64,000 nt of DNA from Antedon mediterranea (Eukaryota > Animalia > Echinodermata). Each line of letters starts with the position of its first letter. The first letter of the stretch is position 1. Positions 14,201-25,800 of this stretch are shown one piece after another. The stretch covers positions 24,921,648 through 24,985,647 of the forward strand of contig NC_092673.1 in the NCBI RefSeq assembly GCF_964355755.1. Direction: 5' to 3'. The translations under genes and the position numbers were made by a program. The notes under the pieces are model-generated. The model saw only the letters and a list, made by a program, of their open reading frames with translations, was not told where the DNA came from and searched no databases.

Positions 14201-17200
14201 TGAGTGTTGGATTAAGTATGGCTACTTTAGTGAGTGTTGGATTAAGTATGGCTATTGTAATGAGTGTTGCATTAAGTATGGCTATTGTAATGAGTGTTGC
14301 ATTAAGTATGGCTATTGTAATGAGTGTTGCATTAAGTATGGCTATTGTAGTGAATGTTACATTAGGAAGGTTATTGTACAGTAGTAAGTGTTGCATTAAG
14401 TATGGCTAATGTAGTGAGTGTTACATTAAGTATGGCCAATGTAGTAAGTGTTGCATTAAGTATGGCTATTGTACTGTAGTGAGTGTTGCATTAAGTATGG
14501 CCAATGTAGTAAGTGTTGCATTAAGTATGGCTATTGTACTGTAGTGAGTGTTGCATTAAGTATGGCCAATGTAGTAAGTGTTGCATTAAGTATGGCTATT
14601 GTACTGTAGTGAGTGTTACATTAAGTATGGCCAATGTAGTGAGTGTTGCATTAAGTATGGCTATTGTAATGAGTGTTGCATTAAGTATGGCTATTGTACT
14701 GTAGTGAGTGTTGCATTAAGTATGGCTAATGTAGTGAGTGTTACATTAAGTATGGCCAATGTAGTGAGTGTTGCATTAAGTATGGCTACTGTAGTGAGTG
14801 TTGCATTAAGTATGGCTTTTGTAGTGAGTGTTGCATTAAGTATGGCTATTGTAGTGAGTGTTGCATTCAATATTTAAGTATGGCTATTGTAGTGAGTGTT
14901 GCATTAAGTATGGCTACTGTAGTGAGTGTTGCATTTAATATTTAAGTACAGTATGTCTATTGTAGTGATGTGTTTTTTATCCTATAACACCCTCAGCACA
15001 GCTACAGTATAATAATAGTTAATACATTAATTTTAATTTTTTTTTTTTTCAGTATCTGTAACAGATAGCAATGCATTACTGCCACTTGAATGTCTATATC
15101 TTAACCCTAATGCTCTCACCCAGTTAGTGGGAATGCAACGTCCACTAGTAAAGCACTTTGCTCTAAAAAGAAAACCAAAGTCAGCGGCCCTACGAGCAGA
15201 GCTACTTATCAAATGTGAGTAGGCTATCTCTAATTTGTTGGCCATATCACACACAAACAATACAACTGTGGTCTCACACATCCAACTAACTTTTAGCTGT
15301 AATGCAACTGTGGTCTTAATTCATTCATTCATTCAGGCTTATCGCCTGACTTTATTTACTTTAGGCCTCTGGCCCCTAGTAATTAACAAAATAATAATTA
15401 CATTGAAAAATAAAGCAATTTATGGTCACAAGATAAATGAATTAATTAATTTTGTTTTCTTAGCAAAACATATCTTAACTTATAAGCATGATAAATATAT
15501 TTAGATAGATTATCAATAATTATTGGATCCTGTGATGACATTAAACATTAATTTGACATCACCTTTGATGGTCAGCTCACACTGAAACAGTGTGAAAATT
15601 ATGTCGTGAAAATGAATGTAATTTCATATGCTACTCGACATAACCTATTTATTGTAGGACAACATTTTTGGATTTTTCATACATTTTTATCTATCATGAA
15701 TTGTAATGTAATATTTAATAATTGTTTTTTATTTATCTGCTTTTGTATATCTCTGAGCAAACATAATTTCTATGTATATTTAATATGCATATCATAATAA
15801 ATGGAAATAATTTTCCACTGATGAATGAATGAAACCATGTTTAATATTGTTTATTTTAGCTGCTGAGGCTGCTAAGCAACAAAGTAAGGTTGGAGCAACA
15901 GCTCCATTTAAAGGTCGTGGTATGACACCTCGCAAGAATGATGACTTAAGTAAGTATAAATTTATAATGAAACAATGATTAGCTAAAACATAAACTAGAA
16001 ATGGTAATACCATATGGCCAAGGATTTCCGGTTTTCAAATAGTTGATTGTTTATGTATGTTTATTCCAACCTTTACGTTTTCGTTTCATTTAAAATTAAT
16101 GTGTTTGATTGAGTGAATTGGTGAACAGTTATGATGTCACTTAACCATTTGTCAGTTTGGTATGGATTGTAAACAAAGTGGATCTCCCTATGTTTTTGTA
16201 TGTGCTAGAGAGATAAAAAACATGGAAAAACATCTATAGCAAGAAAATGGTTAAACTTCTTGTTACAATCAAAATAATTTTTTATTCAACTTAAATGAAG
16301 GGCCGCAGGGCCCATGGGTAATGTAAGTCTGGTGCTGGTATAGAAAACCATTTAAACAGTCAGTTGTCATAGTCATTTAAATTAAGAATAGAGTAAAGCC
16401 CTGTACAATGGACACCTCTATTAAGGGGACACTTTCCTGTGAAAGAACAAGCTGCAATATATGTTTTAACACTATATATAGTCAACCCTATTCAGAGGAA
16501 ACGCCTATTAAAGGGACACTCTATTGGGGACTGAGTGTATCCCCTTGATATAGGTTCTACTGTATTTTTAAATAGAGTTTCAAACTGATTAATAACATTT
16601 TTACTTTTTTTTAAGCGCCATTAAAGGGTATTCCTAAAACACCTGGATTCCGGACGGCAAACACACCCAGAAGGAATACAGTGCCATTGAACCGCAATAT
16701 ATCAAGAATGTCAAGTGTTGGAAAAGAAAGGGGTACTAAGCTATTAGATATAACGGAACAACCCATTGGAGGTGGACCAGCTGCTAAGCGTAGAAAAAAG
16801 CAAGCAGGTATGAGATGCATAGATAGACATGTTAAAATTATTAATTTTGTCACTAGGGAGGTTTCACAATGCTACAAATACGATAACGAAAATGGACGCG
16901 TCACACACACGTATTCGTATGGCAAAAAAGTATTGAGGGCGCGGTTCGAAATATGAATGCGGTAAATTTGAACGAAGCGTAGGTACGTATTGCTTGGCTT
17001 CCCAGGCCTAGGGTAACATCAAAGCGAGTGAGGACTTTAAAAACTGCTATTTATCAAAATTGACCTGGCAATTAATATTAGTAAATTTCAATAAATCTAT
17101 AATTATTGTTATTATAAATCCATAATATTATAATCATGAATCATTCCTGATTCAAATGCAAAATAGATCAAAAGCTATACTCCTTTTGTAGTTACAAATA

Positions 17201-20200
17201 ATATATGAAATGGGGATCAGCTCAAAAGTTTAATGTGTGACGTATTGTCAAGTATGTTACTTGTTTGTATGACATTTTTTGCAAATAGCTATATAAAAAT
17301 CTGTTTATTGTTGATGTCACAAATTTATTAAAGATTATCTTATTTATTGCAAAACTGAAATTCAAAATTATTGTTGGGACAGAGAAGTTTCCATAAAAAA
17401 AATACTGTAAATTGCATGTGAACAAATAAATGTTTGAAATAATATACTCAAACATCTTCTATCAACTAAAGTATAGTCGTTATCTCGGGACCATTCTATA
17501 GTCACCACCAGGTACGCTTGCTTCATCTACGCTTCTATGAATGGATGACTAGTTTGGAGCAGGAATGCTAGTAGACCAAAACCCAGTACCGTTTTGATTA
17601 CGATCATGCAATGAATTACCTTACGACCAAGTAAATAATAAAAATGTTTAAAATATTTGTAGAACAAGAAGCAATTGAGAAGGCCAAGAAGGAAAAGGAG
17701 ACCGCAGCTGCTACAACAGTAGCGCAACCCACACCAGATTATGCTGCATCCTTACTACCACCTCCAGCCAGTCAGAGTCGACAGGTGATACACCGATTAT
17801 GTTTTTATATTATGTATAATAAAAAGAAAATATTAAAAATAGTATTGTAATATAGGCACAACATTTTGTTAGTGGAGTTGTTTTTTCTATGTTATTTAAC
17901 ATGGTTTGAACCCAGGACATTGGGTTGAAAAAAAGCATCTTAACCACCCAGATACAACAACGGTTTTGCTTATGGCTTATTGGTTAAAAATGGTTCCTTT
18001 GACAAATATAAAATGTAATAATTATGTGCATTCTATTTTTAATAGGATATTTTTTCAATAAGCTTTTTGTTTTCTTTGGTTTCAATTAGCTATGCATGCT
18101 AGGTAAACTGATTCTTAACACCTTTTGAAATAAGCACCCTTAATATTAAAAGACAGATGTTCAACCATTACTATTGTACTATTCCTATGATTAGATATTA
18201 AGGACGTTTTTACTGTTATTTTCAATTCTGTGATAAACATATATAGTTATTTTTGTGTTTCTTTTTGTCTGTTTTGTTATGGCCTCCCTGATGCAATGAT
18301 TTGCTTTCTAGGTGACGCCACCATTTTTTTGTTTCTTGATTGATGTAAATTACTATATTGTTTTATTTTGTTTTTACTCAGCCAACATTGGTAGATTCAA
18401 CTTCAGCAGAGACTGAACCAACACCTTCAACACCAACATACATGCCAAATATCAATGTAGCAAGGCCGGCTGGTGTCAATACGCCTCTATTTTCAGCAAC
18501 GCTTGGAACAGGTAATTAACAATTTATCAATATTTAACAGTTAATTATGAATGTGTATAATACATAAATGTAGGGAATAATCCATTTCTTGCATTTGTGC
18601 ACAGGTGTGTTTAAAAAACCCAAGGGTTTCACCAAACAGCACTCATTCGTCTGTCTACAACAACAGGGGTTTGAGATGGGCCAGAAAACCGGGGTAACTC
18701 ACTACTCTATGGTGAAGGAGAGCCTTTATGAAATTTTTGGTAAAATGAGTTACAACATAGTACACTCTTACTGTCTTTTCAGGTCCTTCTCAATCATTTT
18801 CAATATCAGCTAGAGAAAACTTATCCCAACAACTCCAACAACAGCTACAACAGCAGCCGCCACAATATAACGTTTCTGCTTACACGCAACAGCAGCAACA
18901 GCAACAAGAAGAAGAAATTAAACAACCTGCACAACCAACACCCCCGCCACCATACCACCAGCCTGCTCCAGCTCTTGTACCTACCCCTGCTGCAGCACCA
19001 GCCAGTACCCCTGCTGCTACACCAAGTGCCGCTCCTAAGAAGGGACTATCACTCACTGTAAGTCTAGCCAACTCTCAGCATGGGACTGCACATAATCATC
19101 GTTTCGGCCGAATTTTGAATATGAAGATATTTCTGGAAAAGCTTGGTGATTTTGTTGATGAAATTGCCACAATATACATTATGGTCCCATCTTTTACCAT
19201 AATATACATATGGGTTTTCTAAAGGGTTTTTTACACCTGTTTCGGCACAGTTCTGGTTTGGCGCCGGATAATCTATTCAAACATCAATGTTTCTTTTTCA
19301 CAACGCTCCACATCGCTATGCACCAATCGATATGTGAAAACGAAACATTGACGTTCGTTTTGAGTTGCCTGAGCCGGACTGGAACCGGTGTGGAAAAAAC
19401 GCTTTACTTATGTTCTTCATTTCTTCAAGCTTTTTTGGTAACGTGCATGATCCCTTACTAGGTCCCAGGATAGCTATGTGATTGCACCTTAATAGATGTG
19501 TCCAATCGTAGTATCTGGATAAGCCTAGCCTATGATGATATGAGTATTAGCTATCTACATCAAATATAAATATTGTTTATTCATCAAATCATCAAAATGT
19601 GAAAATGTATCATGTTTTATTTTAGAGAGAGCAAATGCTGGCTGCTCAAGAGATGTTTCGACAATCAAACAAGGTTACCAGACCAGAGAAGGCGCTAATT
19701 CTTGGTTTTATGGCGGGGTCAAGGGGTAAGCATAAAATGAAGTCCTCAATATGTCCTTGCCATTTGATTGGTTAATTATGCATGACATTAGTTTACTAAC
19801 TGGAAAGTGATACTCAGCTTTTTTAAAACTTTTTGAAAGTTTTTTGCAATGTACAGGCTGTGACTGTTCAAAATCAAATCTGTATTGTGTGACGTCTATA
19901 ACTGTTTAAGCTGCCTAGACGTCGACATTGATTCAAGATTAATTAATTAGTGGAACTGAATATTCTTAGTCTTAGTTTTTGTAATCAATGACGTTTATTA
20001 TAAAATACACAGCTTTGTATCAAAAGTCCACTGCGTAATAAGTAATACATTCCTAAAAACGTTTTTTGGAAATTTGATTGGTTAGAAGCTAAAAGCAGTC
20101 CTCCATTTATTATTTTATGAAAGATTGATAATTAAAAAACTTGTTTTCTGTAATTGTAGAGAATCCGTGTCCTCAGCAGGGTGATTCAATGACTATTAAA

Positions 20201-20338
20201 CTGAGTGAAGAAACAGAGATGGTGACCAAGTCAGATGGCTCTGGTGAAGAGCAATTGATGATGGCAGACACTTTCTTCCAGATGAACTATGCCTCAGGAG
20301 AGTGGCGACGATTTAAACGATACAAACCACTGCAGTAG
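5265..20338 (+). CDS. NELFA: Negative elongation factor A; exons ~5265-5480, 13720-13891, 15053-15214, 15860-15949, 16616-16807, 17663-17784, 18382-18511, 18783-19057, 19626-19725, 20160-20338
   Basis: Phase-consistent GT-AG exons encode NELF-A hallmarks: N-terminal SDSTGLWLHNKLG...VKLKLL, LPLECLYLN...VKHFALKRKPKSAALRAELL, KLLDITE, PDYAA, and C-terminal AQEMF..SNKVTRPEKALILGFMAGSRENPCP...FFQMNYASGEW. Confidence 0.96.
6950..8224. mobile_element. P-element-like non-autonomous insertion nested in the Chapaev-like element
   Basis: ~34-bp TIR CATGGATTAAAGAATAGAAGGATATGCATCGACG (from 6950; reverse complement ending 8224) with a 7-bp TSD GTATAAG (6943-6949; 8225-8231). CAT...ATG ends and a 7-8-bp TSD fit the P superfamily (inference). 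Confidence 0.85.
8481..9335 (+). pseudogene. Disrupted Chapaev/RAG1-like transposase fragments
   Basis: After an AG acceptor: FHEKALRCTCFCCG (HxxxLxxxCxxCG), then QPIYIFTTCHSRI and GHGTNCLAC (HxxxCxxC), interrupted by stops and frameshifts. At 9192-9330: QPKLHMLEHH...SEQGGELIHAKLN (HxxxxH plus catalytic-E region). The central core is missing. Confidence 0.75.
9634..12210. repeat. Tandem array of 4 diverged ~630-bp units inside the Chapaev-like element
   Basis: AGTGATTG(A/G)TTGTTAA...TAGCATGGTAAACACAATTTAA recurs at ~9634, ~10258, ~10888 and ~11526 with collinear downstream blocks. Confidence 0.92.
13892..14970. repeat. 30-bp minisatellite (~35 copies) in NELFA intron 2
   Basis: Unit GTAGTGAGTGTTGCATTAAGTATGGCTATT with 34-35-bp variants; it starts at the exon 2 donor site. 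Confidence 0.97.
16424..16564. mobile_element. Tigger/pogo-like MITE (related fragments at ~31259-31330, ~32770-32830, ~42030-42065)
   Basis: TACAATGGACACCTCTATTAAGGGGACAC ... GTATCCCCTTGATATAGGTTCTACTGTA imperfect inverted ends with TA flanks. Confidence 0.6.
19223..19403. mobile_element. Harbinger-like MITE
   Basis: AGGGTTTTTTACACC...GGTGTGGAAAAAACGCT imperfect TIRs, flanked by TAA/TTA. Confidence 0.5.
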
Positions 20339-20349
20339 AGTAGTTGGAT

Positions 20350-20735
20350 TTCAACGGCCATACAGCAATGAAAAACCAGTTCTCGTAAGATCGCCGAAGT
20401 TAAGCAATGTTGGGCCCAGTTGCATTCTGGATGGGCGACCGTCTGGAATCGTGACGGGTGCTGTATATACAGAAGAGTGATGGTGTAATGATAATATCGG
20501 ACTAGCATGTGATAGGCATGGGTTCGAGCCTATCTGTACCATACTAACTGTATCCTTAGGCAAGATGCTTTACTCCCATTTCCTTGTCCTTTGGATGGGA
20601 CGTAAAGTACTGTGTACATAGTGCACGTTAAAGAACTTCGTACACTATTCACAAAGAGTAGGGGATCGTCTCCTGTTGTGCTGATCTGGAGGGCACTGCT
20701 GGTTGCCGTGCCTAATCCGATCTGATTTCCTTCGT
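20350..20735 (+). mobile_element. Composite SINE: 5S rRNA-derived head (~20350-20468), tRNA-like segment (~20475-20545) and CORE/Deu-like body, in the NELFA 3' UTR
   Basis: TCAACGGCCATAC...GTTCTCGT..GATC.CCGAAGTTAAGCAA.GT.GGGCC...TGGATGGGCGACC...GGGTGCTGTA follows the metazoan 5S sequence. Then come TGGTGTAATG/GGGTTCGAGCC (A/B boxes), TCCTTAGGCAAGATGCTTTACTCC, and GCACGTTAAAGAAC...AAGAGTAGGGG (Deu/Nin-like). There is no oligo-T terminator after the 5S part. Confidence 0.8.
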
Positions 20736-20999
20736 TTAATATATTTACCAACAAAAAAATCCTGTCAAAAACCAGGATTTATTCTTGTGACAAAAATCAA
20801 CTCCACTCCCAAAGTCTTGTAATAAGACTTTTGTTTATGTAGAGCATTTTGTGTAAATGTTTACCACCTATGAAAAGGATAGTGATTGTTATCCTTGGCA
20901 ATATGCCTAAATGAACTGTTTATAAAACCTCGTTACTGGACAACCTGTAGTACAAGTTGTTGGGTATTAATCACTATTTAATACAGAAATAAATAAACA

Positions 21000-21965
21000 C
21001 TCAAAAAATGGCCAAAAGTTTGTTAAAATATGTCGCATTATGTATAACGAACATTTTTTTTTTTCAAAATTGTTAACCCTTTTATTTTTAGACAAAACTG
21101 GTTACCATTGCTGCTCTATAATATTATGACATAAATTAAAATATGCCCATACAAAAAAACAAAAAAAGTCGATATTTTGGGCATTTTTCCAAAAAAATAC
21201 CTTGTACAGGGATTTTTTCCAAAAATGGCACAATTTCTACCCTTTTTTTTTCCGACAAAAGTGGTTACTATGGCTCTATAAGATGATACAAAGCAAAACA
21301 TGCACATATAAAAGCCATATTTTCGCATTATAGTTGAATTTTAAAAAGTCAATATTTTGGGTATTTTTTGAAAAAATCCCTGTACTATAGTACAGGTATT
21401 TTTTTCCAAAAATGGCCGAATTTCGACCCTTTTATTTTTTGATATAAATGGTTACTATAGCATAATAAACATGCACAGAGTCGAATAATGGGTTCTGCGT
21501 ATGTCAATTGGGCTATAGTAACCCCTTTTGACATAAATGGTTACTATAGCATAATAAACATGCGCACAGTCGAATAATGCGTTCTGCGCATGTCAATTGT
21601 GCTATAGTAATTAGTTTTATCGAAAAATAAAAAGGTCGAAAATCGGCAATTTTTAAAAAAAATCCCTGTACTATAGTACAGGGAAATTTTCGAAAAATGT
21701 CCGATTTTCGACCCTTTTATTTTTTGACATAAATTGTTACATATAGCATAATAAACATGCGCAGAGTCGAATAATGCGTTCTGCACATGTCAATTGCATG
21801 TCAGGGATTTTTTCCAAAAATGGCAAAATTTCTACCCTTTTATTTTTCGACAAAAATGGTTACTATGGCTCTATAAGATGATACAAAGCAAAACATGCAT
21901 ATATAAAAGCCACATTCTCGCATAATAGTTGAATTTTAAAAAGTCAATATTTTGGAAAAAAAATT
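21000..21965. repeat. Complex direct/inverted repeat (foldback-like) between the convergent NELFA and ARMH3 3' ends
   Basis: Palindrome CCTGTACTATAGTACAGG at ~21379 and ~21665. The block CCAAAAATGG..AATTTC.ACCCTTT recurs several times, and 21205-21360 is duplicated at ~21800-21955. Confidence 0.8.
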
Positions 21966-22663
21966 GCCCAAATATCAGTTACGGTGCGATAATATTGCTA
22001 TATATGTGCATATATTGCGTTATTATGAACTTATAGACTCATTAGTAATCAGTTGAAAACTATGTTGAGGTAACATGTGCAGAACACATTATGTAATTCT
22101 GCGCACATCAAATTAATTTTATATTATTGATGGAGGTAACATGTGTAGAACACATTATGTAATTCGGCGCATAGATATAACTTTTCCGTTAGGTACAGCA
22201 AATTCCGAATGAAATGTGAATCATAAAATTAACCAATCAAATGGCAAGACCGCAAAAAGGTGCGTTATATTACAATTTAATATACTATAGGAAGTGCAGT
22301 AAATATTCAGTATGGTTGTACTACTTTATTACACAAATTGCTACTAGTTTATCACAGAGTATTAATAAAGTTAAATAATATTATTTTAATTTCAATAAAG
22401 CTAATATTAAAATTTTAACAAATCTTCATTACATGACCATAATAATATTTCGCTGTAAATGGTCTATATAAACAGAATATATGATTTTTATTATTAATCA
22501 TAATGGAATATGTTAACATAATCAATTTCTCTATAAATGATGTAATGTTGAACATTTTCTGAAACAGACGTTGCTGGTTTTACATTGAGTCACTTTACAG
22601 GCCCATCACCTCTTTACTACAGTTACAAGAAAATATTAATATTTAGCTATAAATTTTCTATAA

Positions 22664-22812
22664 AGCTCTGTCTACACTGTCAAACAAGTTTGACAAATAT
22701 GTGCCCAAAATATGGTAGTTATATGACCAAGTATGTTAGTGATATGACATCATCATGTCCATATATGGGTACATCACATTTTTTTGTCACATTTGATAGT
22801 GTAGACAGAGCT
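22664..22812. mobile_element. PIF/Harbinger-type MITE family (copies also at 26682-26870, 29402-29533, 33426-33586, ~45590-45707)
   Basis: TIR AGCTCTGTCTACACT...AGTGTAGACAGAGCT with TAA TSD (22661-63; 22813-15). The copy at 33426 has a TTA TSD. Copies share the internal CCCAAATATGGTAGTGATATG repeat. Confidence 0.85.
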
Positions 22813-22862
22813 TAAGAGAGAATTTTTGTCATTACTTTACATCCCCAGTTTTTGTCTGTCGA

Positions 22863-25800
22863 TTATGTAATGGTCGAAAATTCCTTAAGCAGACGTTGCT
22901 GTTCTAAGTTGGTGATGCTCAGATTCTTACGACTATCACAAACAACAGTGCGCACCTGAAAAAACATGAATTATCTTCATCATTTATTCTTTATACTGGG
23001 TGCCTTTTTTGGTACTAGACTGTTCTCGCAGAAACGTCCAGTGTACAGGACTATAATATGATCATCAAGTCAAAACCCTACTCTTTTTCAAATAGTGTAA
23101 ATTTGCCTCTCTCCATCCAGGTGTATAAAATTGGTACCGGTTAGATCAAGACACAACTTTGCACTGATTACTACCTGCATTCTTATGGGCCAGGGAGTAT
23201 GATTAAAAAAATGATCGGGGTAATAATTTGCAGAGCATTGAGAGCTTGCATATTACATAAGAATGAACTATTATTATTACATGATTCTTTATCGTGCATG
23301 TGAGCAATGTATATACACGGGACCAACGGCTTTACATCGCAAAAGAGTGTTATATATTCACCTTAGAACATCTTAAATTCTCATTATGTTATTGCATAAG
23401 GATTATATAATATTTTTAGATAATTAATTACAACGAGCACTTTACGATGATGAATAATTTATCGTCTTAATTTGGTAAGATTTAAATTTGGAATATTAAT
23501 TCAAAAAACATATGAAATGAATAATACATTTCTATAATCCAGGATTACCCATAACCCTAGTAAATTGTTTACAAAGCAATCATAATAATTATTGTAGGAT
23601 TATAATATTATAAACTAAACAGAAAGTGATAGCATCAAATTTAAAAAACCTCTCAATATTGTGTCAAATAGGCATGAAGTCTTTTCTTGAAACTGGAGAT
23701 CCAGTGTTATGTACACATCTGGCCTGTGTGCACTTTAAAGAACCAGTGTGCATCTTTTGGAAGAGTTAGGTGTATTGCGTTTTGATACTTACATTACTAC
23801 TGTGATAAAGTGCATTGTAATATGATGTAAAGTGCTTTATAGAAAAGTTTCTATTGGGCACTATGTAAACCATTATTATTATCAATTTGAAAGAACGCTC
23901 ACAACGTTAACATCCTCATGGGTTACAGTTGACTGGTACTCGTCCACAGGTATATCAATGTTTCGATTAAATTTGGCAGTTGATGTGCCAGTTGACTTGC
24001 GCATGCACGTATCATAGAAATAACGCCATATGGTATCAGCCAACACCACGGACGTGAAAATAAAAAACCATGTGCATAAACAAGCAACTGAGGCAGATGC
24101 AGGATTTTGTGGTAATGAAAGAAATAGAGACTCCACTTACTCTTTCCTCTCCCACCCTCTAGTTTTTTGGTCAGATCAGAATTTGAACCTGCGACCCCTT
24201 GCATACACCCCATATTGGTGGACATATTTTCCCCATTTGTTCAACCTAAAGATATGCGATATATAAATATAGAAACTTACCATCTGAGTAAAAAAAGCAA
24301 TTTCCTTTGGTTTCTCGGAGTAACGTTCATATTGATCAAGACTATCTTGTAGTTTTAATGTCAAAGTATCGTAATTTCCACGAACGACGTCTAAAACCTA
24401 ATTATTAGAAATTACTTTTTTATTTTATTAAACTTTAAAAGGCAGAAACATATAGAAAAAAAAAGAGAGAAAGTGCCAATAAAGGGAGAATCTAACAGGT
24501 GAATTGACAATCTCTAAAACAATGGTTTTTAAACAAAAATAGAATAAATTAAACAAAAAAATGTAATCTTGTTATAATCCTTTATCTTTTTTTAGATAAT
24601 ATTTAATTTTTTTATTCTCACTTATCCCAACTGTTCAATTACGTCATGTATATATAAATTGTTTAAGAATAAAAATACAGTTAAACAGGGATTGTGCTGT
24701 TTTTATTAAACAATCTATAGTACAGTGAATATTCAAATTCAGTAATTGTTATTCAGGCCTGGTTTATAATATAAATGTTTAATTATTGACACTTCGGAAG
24801 TATACATTACACACGCAATGACACAAGCTATCATTGTTTGGATATGTTTGTTAATGTTATTACTCTATTATTTATAACAATTCTGTTTATTGATTATAGA
24901 AAAAGATGTACTTGTGGGGGCGTTCATTAGTATAAAAAATTGCTTAGAAAAGTAATGAATAAGTAACTACAATACATTTTAATTACAATACCTGTTCTTC
25001 TGTCAAGGTCGTCAAGTTGTTTGCTGCTGACCAAGAATCAATCTTCGGGGTGAAGTGATTAATTATTGCTCTGATAAATAAAACAAGAAATTTGATAATA
25101 CGCTTCTTGAATGAATGTCACAGAAAGAAAACAGAGAATTTTTTGATTATTCTTCTTCTTCTTCTTCTTTTTTATTTATGTAAATTGAAAATGATAATCA
25201 TAAGCGAATTAATTCATTATCATAAAGGTGGCAATCCAAGTCTTATTACAAGTCTTTTGGAGTGGAGTTGTAATTTGTCATCATAAAAAATCCTGATATA
25301 CAACAGGACTTCAACCCAGGACCCTTGGAGTGGTAGCCAAGCATCCAAACCACCAAGGCCCAACTCTACTCGTTGGCTGTTTATTTTCCAACAGTAAAGC
25401 ATAGGCTTGATAAATGATTTAACTTCAACAAATTATGGTATTTGATAAACGTTACTCATACCTGATATTGATAAGAATGCTAGTAAGTTTGTTTGCTGTG
25501 TCTCTATAATCTCCATTATTAGTAGAATGTCTCAGAGCTGAAATATATGGAAAGAGGCTTTATTATATTATATAGTTGTTAAATAGTGCAACAACTAATA
25601 TTCTTGGGTTATTGCTCATAGTAGTACACACAAAGAGGGCCCAAATTAGACTTATTACAAGAGGAACAAATGGATTATTGAATTGCCATTGCATGTATAG
25701 TAATAACTTTTATACCCCTTTCACACCAAAACTCCGAAATGATCTCCGGAGACACCCCAGGGTTATGACCATTCAAAACGTCGAGAAACTCTGGAATTCA

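Noticed and set aside
13926-14877. Repetitive ORFs (VSVALSMAIV; CCIKYGYCNE, metallothionein/keratin-like)
   Set aside because: These are translations of the 30-bp intronic minisatellite, open in several frames and on both strands.
20350-20468. Functional 5S rRNA gene
   Set aside because: It has many substitutions and indels, lacks a Pol III oligo-T terminator, and runs directly into a SINE body.
23882-24136. Alternative terminal exon of ARMH3 (84-aa minus-strand ORF)
   Set aside because: I found no phase-0 AG acceptor matching the upstream exon and no recognisable homology.
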